From the NCBI RefSeq assembly GCF_023055435.1, contig NW_025964383.1:14136001-14200000 (forward strand): a stretch of 64,000 nucleotides of DNA, read 5' to 3'. Of the stretch, positions 39,774 to 52,368 are shown one piece after another; the stretch's first letter is position 1; every line of letters begins with the position of its first letter. This DNA is from Haliotis rufescens (Eukaryota). The notes under the pieces were generated by a model that saw nothing but the letters and a program-made list of their open reading frames with translations, was not told the DNA's origin and made no database searches. Position numbers and translations under genes: made by a program.

Positions 39774-40059
39774 CATCTGTATAAGACATGAGACATGCTT
39801 GTCAATGTAAAGTGATTTTAGGGACTATGACGGTTGCATGAATAATTTTCAAAAAATCACATTTAATTATTGATTTCAGGCTTTTTCATGATACATGTTA
39901 TTTTCATATGCAGATAAAATATAAGATCATTCAGGATTGTGTAGTTTCATGTACATTTAGATTGTTGTTCATGTGTTAACTGACAATTTTGTGGAAATCA
40001 CCATCTGATCAGCAGAATAAATTTAATCTCACATTCAGCTTTAGAACAAGAGTCATTAT

Positions 40060-41250
40060 GCCACAGAGAATTTTGGCTCATGGGTCACTCATTAGAAGCA
40101 AAGTTCTTTACTTCCGATAACCCACCGAAGAGTAACGTATCAAACTTCGATGAATCCGATTTCTGTTTGTCCACTATCAGATCAGTGTCCGACGTGTCGG
40201 GCTTGATCCGATCGGGCGAAATCGTCCGATGAAGGAACTAGGCTCAGAGCTTAGTTCGCCATTGGACGCCATTTCCGGTCGCAAATCGAGTCAGTGTCGG
40301 ATGAATGTCGAGCCAGTCCGATGTGTGTCAGACTCGTATTGTGCAACTATCGGACGTGTCTAGCCGACGACTGACGGCAATCAGATGAGTGTCCGATAAT
40401 TAACAGTCATCTGACGCTCATCTGATTGCAATCTGCGGTCAGCCGCCCATCACCAATTCGATTCTCATCGGAGGAAAACATGATATTTAGCACCGTCCGA
40501 TTGCTATCCATTGTGACATCGGAGGGTAATCGCTCATTAACTCAACTGCCACCCGACTGATATCGCATAGCAAGCGGAGACATCTGACGGCCAACTGACT
40601 ATGAAAGGAGGTTAGCCGACACTCACTGATTTTTATCGGACACTACAGCACCAAGATCCTGAAGATGGCCAGAAGACTCCTCTGTGCCTCCTCCTGTAGA
40701 TGCAGAGAATAAGCCTATGCAGGCCCCAATCACTGCTCAACCACACTCTTGTTGCATCTTGTTGCATTGTTTGTTGCTGGAGCATTAAAACACAGCCTAG
40801 GGCTGCAGCGGTGCGAAAAAGTTGCTCAATGTCTAGTTCTGTCAGGAGGTGGAGCCCGCTTTTATAATCGACTGCAGATTTTGGCGACAAATCCGACCAG
40901 TATTGGGTCAGTGTCCGATTACCCTACGAATAGTAACCGATGTGTCGGGTTGGTGTCGGGAGAGTGATGGAAGTGTCAGATTAGTGTCAGGTCAGCCTCG
41001 AATAACAATCCGACCGCAATCGGATCAATCGGACGCCGCTGATGAAACTTGCGCACAGACATCGGCCGCTACCAGTCTTTCATTCGATTACCCCGATCAA
41101 TGTTGGATCTCTATCGGATTTTAAGGTAAACGGGGACTCAAAAAAGAGAATGTCGGGTGAATTGAAATGTTCACTGGAATGCTGAAATGTTTGCAAAAAT
41201 GGGATCAGATGGGCTTCAGATCAGGTTCAGTTGGTCAGTGGAATGGTGGT
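40060..41250. mobile_element. ~1.2-kb non-autonomous DNA-transposon-like insertion rich in CCGA/TCGG motifs
   Basis: Absent from the duplicate at ~52637 (gagtcattat|aagctttt|taaaattgagc); short terminal inverted match atgccac...gtggtat. Confidence 0.65.
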
Positions 41251-44200
41251 ATAAAATTGAGCTTTCTTGGACCTTAATCCAGCTGACAGCCTGACGTTGG
41301 TCCAACGGTTGTTTTATACCTCCCGGGCAGCCTGAAATGTTTGTACCAATCCAAATTATGATATCACTTCGCAAGCAATACATTCTGCAAGCTGAATTCA
41401 CTTTTAACTCTATCCATGAAACAGCAGGCCAATCAAATGCGGCATTTCTTGGTAGGTTACCTCTGAATCCAATCCAGTTGGAAGATATTTGTATTCCCAA
41501 GAATTTGATAATTACTAATTATCAGACAATAGGCATTGCATTAAGACCCACATAATCATGTGGAACATCTGAATTTCTCTTGATTCATATAAATATATGA
41601 ATATGACAACATCATAAAGCCAACAGAGGTGATAAGAAGAGCCAATCAAAGGGTGATCTTCAACTGTATACATTGTCTCTTCTTATTCCCAGGCCATAGA
41701 AGAAAATCAAACATACAAAATAAATATAATGACATGACAGGACATTATTATCAATGGAAGGAAAATTACATTCCTTCCCCTTTTAGAAAAAAATGGATGT
41801 CCTAGCAAAAAACATTGCTGCCACACACACATGCAAACGCACACACACCTATTAAATGGTCAAACAGTTAAAAATGGGAAGGCGAGTTTCTTAAGTAAAA
41901 TTAATAGTTCAGTGAAAACTATTCCTTGTTGAAAGCATGAATGTTGAATATGAATAATGAATTGACCTACCAATAAGTAATAAAAGTGTTAAAACTTTTG
42001 ATCTGATAATTATCTTTGATTATTTAATATTGAAATATGATACTATTAACTGGATATGCACCCGGATATGTTTATAGGTTTTAAACTTTACCATGATATT
42101 AATGTAGAGAAAAATAACAAAATATCTTGGATAATATCAGACGAAGTCGAAACAACTCTGTTTATATTTTTTCACACCCGGACATGATTACATGACCATT
42201 TTAAACCAAATTTGATCAACTCAATACGCAGCCTGAGCGTTAACCATATCTTACCGCGACATTTAGTAATTTCTTATAACAATGTATGAAAACAATGTTA
42301 TAGCGACAATGTCATCAACCCCTCAAAAAAAAAACAAAGACCAAAGCCCACTGTTTGGTGATTGGAAACTGTGATACATGTGATATGCGATTTATTGCGA
42401 AAAAAAATGATTCGGAATGGACACTGTACGAGTTTCAACCTATTGGATACTGCAGATACTGTATATGGTAAGTCACATTAACAGTAATTTCAATATTTAG
42501 CTATTTGTACCACTGAATATGATACATGTTTATCATTATACAAAGACACTGCAATATGATTGTACGCAATATATTTCCCACAAAATATGTATTTGTAGTA
42601 AATTAATGTGAAAGTAAAATGAGTATGTCTTATCCTCAACATTAAGAAAAGTTTTAATTACTAGTGTAAAATTTGTGGACAGTCAAAACTTACGTCATAA
42701 AATACAGCTCTTAAACTTTGTGATAATTATTGCAAGGATATTTTGGATCCTTATGGCATCTATACTCAGCAAGACAATATCATCTGTCATCCATTAAAAT
42801 TGTCATTGATATCGGCGACTTCTAAATTACAAACGGAGAGTGTTACTGGAAGGTAGGGAGGCGACAGGGAGACAGGGCAGCAATATACGATGCCAGCAAA
42901 ATTGACAAACTGTTGGTGGTACCTGGATGCACACAGCAAGGGAAAATAGTGTTGGGCATGTACTTGCTGTTCAGTGACGTATTCAGTTGAAGAGGAGAAT
43001 GCAATGGATTACCTCGGTGGATGTATTTACCATGGATTGTCTGTGATACATGTGATATGCGATTTATTGCGAAAAATAGTGATTCGAGAAGGACACTGTA
43101 CGAGGTTCAACCTATTGGATACTGCAGATACTGTATATGGTAAGTCACATTAACAGTAATTTCAATATTTAGCTATTTGTACCACTGAATACGATACATG
43201 TTTATTATTATACAAAGACACTGTAATATATATGTACGCAATATAATTCACACAAAAAACGTATCTGTAGTAAATTAATGTATTAGTAACTAACACCCAT
43301 ATGGGTTCAGTTTTTAATAATTTTGGAATGTCACTAAAATACACTATTTTAGGATTGAATTTGTTTCTATGTCCATTTTGAAATTTGCAGGCAGGTTAAT
43401 CAATCAATGTTAAAACGAAATATACTGAATGTTTTGCAAAATATAATGAATTTTACTTATGTTATGGATGTTCTGCTCAGTGTAGTGACATGTCCATAAA
43501 TTAGAGCTCTGGTATGTACAGTCTCGCCAAGCCTTTACCATCTCGCTATGTCTTCTAACGTCAGCCAGCTGAGTAGCTCTGTATCTAACAAAGCTATTTA
43601 CCTCGTCAACATCCCTATTGAAGTTATAGATGTATGATTTATTAACGCCCTACTACCACACACTTCATTTCGGCCTGGGTTCTTTGTTAGCCATGTCAGC
43701 ACAGGCTAACCCGGAATGTGCAGTGTCATGGTCATGTCAACATTCAGTGAAAGTAGGCTCATTACGTCTCTCCTAAGTACGAATTGCCCTCAATATGTTT
43801 TTGGTTTATGGATCTATTAACGTAAACACATACCTGCTTCTGAATAATGTGATTGTGACCAACGGATGAGGTATTGCGACTGCAACATATTTTGGATGAT
43901 GCATTGAAACGAGCATTGAACTATCGCTGATCTGACTCCGCGACATGTAAGTAAATGTGACGTTGATTAGTTGTGGGATACTCTATTAAGGACGCACAGT
44001 GCTGTTATTTGAGTAATACAATGTAGTTTCAGCTAGTGTAAGGGTGAAGCTACCAGTTTTCCTTCCACTGATTTCTCCCACCCGAACCTACCAGTTACAC
44101 CGCTTCATCTGTTTCACATTGAGCTCTATGGACGAGGATTCAGAATGAAAATGACAGAATGTATGACAAGAGGGATGACTTCAACTTTATATCGAGCGAT

Positions 44201-44789
44201 ATTCCAGCAACTCCAGCCTTTGGTGTCTATATTTCACAACGAAGATTTAAAACTGCGGCATACGACTCTTTCTCTGAACACGTTTTATGGTAGACATGTG
44301 GACATTACCAAATTTCACTCGTCAGTAACAATACTGGTCATCTAGGAGTATAACGTAAAGTTGTTGACCTACCAAGGATCAGTACACATCGAGTCTGCTA
44401 ACCTGGCAGTACTGGTCATCACGGACTATAACGGAATGTTGTTGACCAATCTAGTGTCAGAACACATCGAGTCTGCTAGCCTGACAGTACTGGTCATCAA
44501 GGAGTATAACGTAATGTTGTTGACGTACCTAGTGGCAGTACACTTCAAATAGTATTTACTAGTCTAACAGTGATTGACAGTAGTGGCGAATGGAAGATAG
44601 CACACGCCAGTGTTATTGACACGCATCTCAGTTGTTCAGAGCAGTGTACAGGAACAAGTACAAACTGTATGTTTGTCACTTGTCCAGCAGTTATTAGTGA
44701 ACATCTATTGTTACTGACAAGCCCTGCAGTGATACGTAGACCTTGTAGTGATGCACATTAGTACAGAGTGAGTAGTGCACATCTAGTTA

Positions 44790-46795
44790 TGGCCAGCCTT
44801 GTAGTGAAACACAGTAGTATACTGTAAGTACTACACATCTAGTGTTATTGACTAGCTTGATAGTGATGCACATTAGTACAGAGTAAGTAGTACTCATCTA
44901 GTGCGATTGACCAGCCTTGTAGTGAAACACAGTAGTATACTGTAAGTACTACACATCTAGTGTTATTGACTAGCTTGATAGTGATGCACATCAGTATCGA
45001 GTAAGTAGTACTCATCTAGTGCGATTGACCAGCCTTGTAGTGAAACACAGTAGTATACTGTAAGTACTACACATCTAGTGTTATTGACTAGCCTGGTAGT
45101 GATGCACATTAGTACAGAGTAAGTAGTACTCATCTAGTGCGATTGACCAGCCTTGTAGTGAAACACAGTAGTATACTGTAAGTACTACACATCTAGTGTT
45201 ATTGACTAGCCTGGTAGTGATGCACATCAGTATCGAGTAAGTAGTACTCATCTAGTGCGATTGACCAGCCTTGTAGTGAAACACAGTAGTATACTGTAAG
45301 TACTACACATCTAGTGTTATTGACTAGCCTGGTAGTGATGCACATCAGTATCGAGTAAGTAGTACTTATCTAGTGCGATTGACCAGCCTTGTAGTGAAAC
45401 ACAGTAGTATACTGTAAGTACTACACATCTAGTGTTATTGACTAGCTTGATAGTGATGCACATCAGTATCGAGTAAGTAGTACTCATCTAGTGCGATTGA
45501 CCAGCCTTGTAGTGAAACACAGTAGTATACTGTAAGTACTACACATCTAGTGTTATTGACTAGCTTGATAGTGATGCACATCAGTATCGAGTAAGTAGTA
45601 CTCATCTAGTGCGATTGACCAGCCTTGTAGTGAAACACAGTAGTATACTGTAAGTACTACACATCTAGTGTTATTGACTAGCTTGATAGTGATGCACATC
45701 AGTATCGAGTAAGTAGTACTCATCTAGTGCGATTGACCAGCCTTGTAGTGAAACACAGTAGTATACTGTAAGTACTACACATCTAGTGTTATTGACTAGC
45801 TTGATAGTGATGCACATCAGTATCGAGTAAGTAGTACTCATCTAGTGCGATTGACCAGCCTTGTAGTGAAACACAGTAGTATACTGTAAGTACTACACAT
45901 CTAGTGTTATTGACTAGCCTGGTAGTGATGCACATTAGTACAGAGTAAGTAGTACTCATCTAGTGCGATTGACCAGCCTTGTAGTGAAACACAGTAGTAT
46001 ACTGTAAGTACTACACATCTAGTGTTATTGACTAGCCTGGTAGTGATGCACATCAGTATCGAGTAAGTAGTACTCATCTAGTGCGATTGACCAGCCTTGT
46101 AGTGAAACACAGTAGTATACTGTAAGTACTACACATCTAGTGTTATTGACTAGCCTGGTAGTGATGCACATCAGTATCGAGTAAGTAGTACTTATCTAGT
46201 GCGATTGACCAGCCTTGTAGTGAAACACAGTAGTATACTGTAAGTACTACACATCTAGTGTTATTGACTAGCTTGATAGTGATGCACATCAGTATCGAGT
46301 AAGTAGTACTCATCTAGTGCGATTGACCAGCCTTGTAGTGAAACACAGTAGTATACTGTAAGTACTACACATCTAGTGTTATTGACTAGCTTGATAGTGA
46401 TGCACATCAGTATCGAGTAAGTAGTACTCATCTAGTGCGATTGACCAGCCTTGTAGTGAAACACAGTAGTATACTGTAAGTACTACACATCTAGTGTTAT
46501 TGACTAGCTTGATAGTGATGCACATCAGTATCGAGTAAGTAGTACTCATCTAGTGCGATTGACCAGCCTTGTAGTGAAACACAGTAGTATACTGTAAGTA
46601 CTACACATCTAGTGTTATTGACTAGCTTGATAGTGATGCACATCAGTATCGAGTAAGTAGTACTCATCTAGTGCGATTGACCAGCCTTGTAGTGAAACAC
46701 AGTAGTATACTGTAAGTACTACACATCTAGTGTTTTTGACTAGCCTGATGGTAATGCACATTAGTATAGAGTAAGTAGTACACATCTGGTGCTAT
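44790..46795. repeat. 118-bp tandem array (~17 copies; dimer of ~59-bp subunits) upstream of the SULT C start codon
   Basis: gtagtgaaacacag at 44801, 44919 and onward; single copy at ~34450-34560 upstream of SULT B. Confidence 0.95.
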
Positions 46796-46928
46796 TGGCC
46801 AATGAAAAAGGACCAACTTAATTTCAATCTCCAACGTGGTTGTTCATATGTGGCAGAACTTTTAGACTTAATATTTGATCATGTTAGAAATGTACTTCTG
46901 TTAATTTAATATGTTATAACTAGTTAAG

Positions 46929-47954
46929 ATGTCGACTCCAGCGAAGAAGTCAATGGCGACAGGGATCAATATGGACCTGGTCATGATTGATGGATTTGTG
47001 CTGTTAGCTATGATAATGGACAACGTGAAGAGGTTAAAGGATCTCTCCATCCGTGGCGATGATATTTTCCTTTGCACGTACCCAAAGTCAGGTAATATTC
47101 TGAAGGAAATGGTTAATAATAACATCATGTACCTTCGACAAAAAAGACAAACCCCCTCCTCCTCCTAAAAAGCACAAAATAAACCACAATAACATCAACA
47201 ACACTGATAAATGGTTAAAAGGTCAAAACACCTCCATGGGGCTTTGCTCTCACATAGGAAACAAACACAAATGTGTCTCCTATTTCACATAGGCGTCACA
47301 ATTGATTGAAATTATGAAGTCTTAAAAATCCGTTCCAAAATAGTTCTGATTAATACAAAACCATGTCAATTCACTGAATGAGAAACAGGAACTGAAGATT
47401 GACGTATTAATAATAGTCAATATAAACACGAACGATTATTGAGAATACTTCTGTTTTTTTTTATGATATCCTTCATTTACATAGAAATAGGTATGCTTGT
47501 CACACCATAGACAGACTATGTCTTGATTTTATTTTTCAATAAATATGTGGAATCACTTACATACACATTTTAGAGGATAGATATGTGTGAAATAACGAAT
47601 TTCCTGTGACCATCTCTCAAGGCACTCACTGGACATGGGAGATCCTCAACATGATCGTTGCAGGCAAGGCTGAGTACGTCAAACATTGGCAGAATTCTGC
47701 CTGGCTCGAATACAGAACCCAGGAAGAACTGGAGGAACTGGCATCACCAAGGATATTCCACACTCATCTGCGTCCAAGGTATGGCATAATATATGATACC
47801 AAATTAAATGCAAATCAGCGAAACTTTTATCATAACAAAAAGGATCATATTCCAAACAATAATCATAAAACGAACACCAAATAGTGTTTGAGGTGAGGTG
47901 AACTTGGGTTTAACGTCGCATCCAAGATTATTTCACTTATATAGTGACGTGCAT

Positions 47955-47999
<45 letters not shown>

Positions 48000-50900
48000 T
48001 GTGTGTGTGTGGCTGCTTGTACTAGTCCGGACTGATGCCGAGTTATAGTGCTAGCCTACTGAGATACCATGCCGCAGTTTAACATGAATATCCCACTCAG
48101 ACACAGTATACTGACTCCGAGCCGATCAGTCCTTGTTTTAGCCCCTTAATGCCGAGCGCCAGACAGGGTAACAACAAGTACCATCTTTTAACGTCTTTTG
48201 GTATGACGCGGCCGGGGATCGAACCCCGTACCATCCGCTCTCCGGGGGGACGCTCTACCACTAGACCACGGAGGCGGTCAAATAGTGTTTGAAATACGGC
48301 GAAAGATTATATAAACCTAGGCCTGGAAAAAGGTAAGAACACCTAGACACGTTTTATATGTCTATTTAAAAAAGTGCTTGAATGAAGTTACTGACACAAT
48401 CAGTGATGACACCAGATGTTCATGAAGAGGTTTGGCATGTCCTGCCTTACCGACAACACCCGCCACTCACAAATTGAAAAAAAGGCCACACACCGGTACT
48501 CCTGCAATGCGACAATCAAGGTGATCAATGAACCAGAAAATCCAGTGACACAATACCGTATTCACTGCTTTTATTGAAACAAAATACTATGCATACACAA
48601 TCACCTTTATGAACTATATGTATATTTTGAATGACGACTGCTGTGTAAAAGTGCAGAGATTCTTGAAAGTAAGAACAACATTTTGACAACACCTGAGGTT
48701 AGGTTATATTTACGATATTGTAACCCACAACTCTTTCGGGTATGGTTCTGCAGAGGTCATACAACTATTTCTGTTGGCTATTTCTAGATATTTCTAAATG
48801 TCACTTATAGTTCCCTAAATAACACCCATAGTTCAAACAGTCCGTAGCGAGAAAGCCCTTCACGTCTCTTCCCATCGGATCTTCTGAAGGGGTAACTGCA
48901 GTCACCCTCGATGTAAAGATTCCGAGAATGTCACAAATGTGTTCCAGCAGATTAAGATGGCGGGACAAGGCAGAGTCGTAACAGCGTTGTTCTTGCTTTC
49001 GACTGTCACGACGCGGGAACGATAGGGTCTGGCGTCATCTTCCATGGACTGAGTACTTGGGGAATGGGGAACAACTATTTGTTTCCTGGCATCTCAGATC
49101 CAGGTCCAGTACAAATCAATACCGAGCTTCCCCCAATAAGGGACAGTTGACCTGATGTTCATGAATGTACATGTCGTTTTTCTTTGCCTCCAATTTGAAA
49201 ACCCTGGAAAACATGGAGCAGGAACTTGCTTTCGTCCGACCAATGGGCCTTCTGCTAAGTTCCAAGATTCCATTGGGCTAAACACCATGCCAAACGGAAC
49301 CTTTGATGGTGATCTCTGCCAGTAGGGCGACTGATTGCTCTTTTGGACGTCATTCTTGCTACTCTCAGAGGGTTCCCCAAGGTCCTTTGGGGATTCATTG
49401 TTGCTTCAGACCATGACTCGTTGCAAAAAACTAAATGAAGGAGGACCCTGTCGTAACGCTGGTACATCATAGGAGGTCGACCTGACTGTAGAAGTCTGTG
49501 GATGTCTTCTCACCATTTGGCTGACTACTGTGTAATGGTAGTCCACGTGGCGCCCGATAGCTTTGGAGGACAACCTGTGGAATGTATTCAGATTATTTGA
49601 CATCTCTCTTTGTGTCATATTCACAGGAAATGATGAAACATTGCAAGACATCGTATTTAGATACCCAAAATGTGATGCCTGAACATATTGCAATTTGGAG
49701 ATTGCATGAAATGCATGCTGCACGTGCATACACTGGTTAGTTTGTCGTCACGTTAAACCATTCAGGGTCACATTCGTACGGATGGGACACCAGTCTTGTC
49801 ATAATCATAATTTTCATTACATTGAAAATTAATTGTGACATGTTATATCTCAGGCAAGGCTTAACCTTTTTCCCAGGTGTATATGTTAATATCTACCATG
49901 TATGTTTTTTTTATTTTACGGTTGGTTTACAATAGTTGCATCTCCAATTGAAAACTGTAATCACGCAAACCATGACTTCAGCCAACTACCAGATGCAGTG
50001 TGGAACCAAAGATGCAAGGTGGTGTACGCCAAGAGGAATGCGAAGGATTGCGTGGTGTCGTTCTTCAGTCATTTCAGCAAACAGATCTGGAAGGACAACC
50101 CTTTAGGGAAACGTTCCTACACCGGCATCTGGGACGACTTTATAGATCTTTTTCTCAATGGATGGTGTAAGTGTTTACCTTTTAAAAGGGCGTGCCATTT
50201 ATTGTTCATAAAGTATAAAAGTCTACCAAGAAAAGGTGGCATATTAAATGTACAGTTAAATTGCTTTGTTTAAACCGAATTGCCATGTCTTCTTAGCTAC
50301 ATCTAGCTAGATTGTTGGCGTCTCGAAATATTTCTGTATATCAAGATACCAAGCCCGCTAATCACTGATAGTTCTGGTTGACCATGTTGAGAGAATTTGC
50401 ACACGTTGTCTTCACATTTCGCCATCACCTTCAACAACAAGATCCCCACAATATACGTATGTTTAACAGTATCCACACCACTGGCATAATTCATTAACGC
50501 GTATCTGTTGATATGTTCAAGTACCTAGTGGACCGTATTTCGAACACACAATTGAGTGGACCAACCTTTCTGAAGCTCACAAAGACATGGAAATTTGCAG
50601 ACTGCAGTATGAAGACATGAAAAAGGTATTGCCAAATTGACGATTCTTGAGAAACTAATATTCCTACAATTCCTAAATGTATCCCATTTAATAGATATGG
50701 CAATAAAAAAGGCGATTTGAGTCAGGTTGTCGCCATTCAAAATAAATATAAATACTTCAGCTCAAAATAAATGTATGATTCCAAATCAATGTGAAGGATT
50801 ATGATAAGGGTAGTGGCCACGCTCGTTACAATCTGGAAGCATGGGGAGCATATATTGATGCTTAGAGATGCATCAAACACTTCCAGAAAATACTTTCGTT

Positions 50901-52368
50901 GTGTTGCGCTATCATTGCCTTATTATAGCCCTATTACGAATCTTGCAATTACATTGGTGAATCGTACAAGTGACGAAACGATACATTTCAATGAAGACCC
51001 CGATATCATGTGACTGACACAAGATGGCGCCTGGTACTGTACGCAGCTACGTTACTGTAATGAAACAAAGAAAGTGAATTTGGGTATAACAGAACGCATG
51101 ATTACTCTTGACAAAATATAAAAAAAATTAACAAGGACCCTCGGACCCGACCCCTTCGGCGGTCTGACCGGAGCACATCTGAGGTCGGGTCCTCGCGTCC
51201 TTGTTTTCGGATATTGACCTCCTCAAGAGTAATTATTTGTATACTTTTTTGCAGCTCCAACCTTTTCCTCCTCAAGTAAATGCCTCATGGTTAATCTTAT
51301 GAATATACATAATAATTTTTCACCAGCATATTTGCTGAAACATTTACGTATCAAAATTAAGACTTTACCCGCATGATCACGGTCACGTAACAAATCAATT
51401 CTTGAAATTCTGATTTGTAATGTATACATGTTATTCATATTTGTATTAGATTGTATTTCCTAGGTACATTATGCTTATGGTTTCAAGATGCTGAAGATTC
51501 GACTTCTCCGAATTGCACAATCGGAAGTTAATATCACTTAAGCACAGAAAGCACCCCTTAGTTCGACAGAAAACACACATAGGTCGACAATGCCTTCGCT
51601 TTATATGAAATTACGAACTTCCAGTGTTCAAACAGAACACGGCACACGAGGTCTCATGTATACGAAATTAGTAGATCGTACATGCAAATATAACACTATA
51701 CAACATCACGATCTGATGTACTTAGATATATTACAGTATCAAAAATAATATCTGATATACACAGATAACTTAAAACATAGATACGCGCTCCCCCAAAAAA
51801 CTGCATACGTAGATTTTTTTATTAAGATATGGACAGTCAGTACTTGACATTTACCTTTCTAATGAAATTGCACCTTGTTAAGGATTGCGTTAACGAAGTA
51901 AGAAGAATGGCAGAATACCTGGGACGCCCTCTATCGGATCACACATACCAGGCAATATCCGATGCTTGCTCTTTCAAAAATCTCAAGCACGCTAACGAGA
52001 AAATTAAAGATCAAACCTACCACGTTCACTGGCAAGATGGTTCCAGTGGATACTTCAGAAAAGGTAATTGGACCAGATCACTTAGGCTCGGTACCTGTCT
52101 CTAGCTTGCAGTCTCTACCTGTTTGATATTGTCTCAGATGTTTAGATGTTTAAAGACATATCGCTGACATCAGTCAAGTCAGCACTGCGATATTTTATAG
52201 GATATGGAGAAATATACAAGTCTGAATATCAAATATATTCATGAAACTACATAACTATGATGTGTTACAGGTACAACTGGTGACTGGAAGAACTGGTTCA
52301 CTGTGGCCCAGAGCGAGCGATTTGATAAAGTATATGAAGAAAGGTTAAAGGAAACCTTTCCATATTGA
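46929..52368 (+). CDS. Cytosolic sulfotransferase (SULT1/ST-like), paralog C, 6 exons, 295 aa
   Basis: Exons 46929-47091, 47622-47778, 49982-50166, 50522-50625, 51883-52063 and 52271-52368. Same motifs and splice phases as paralog B, no stops. Confidence 0.95.
47892..48278 (-). mobile_element. SINE family A with 14-bp TSD in SULT C intron 2
   Basis: TSD caaatagtgtttga on both sides; internal (GT)n; (tcacc)n tail; empty site in paralog B at ~35639. Confidence 0.92.
48790..49770 (-). mobile_element. Paralogous degenerate Tc1 in SULT C intron 2
   Basis: Near-identical to 36130-37140. Confidence 0.8.

Noticed and set aside
44790-46795. CRISPR-like regular repeat
   Set aside because: No unique spacers, no cas genes and a eukaryotic context; it is a plain tandem array
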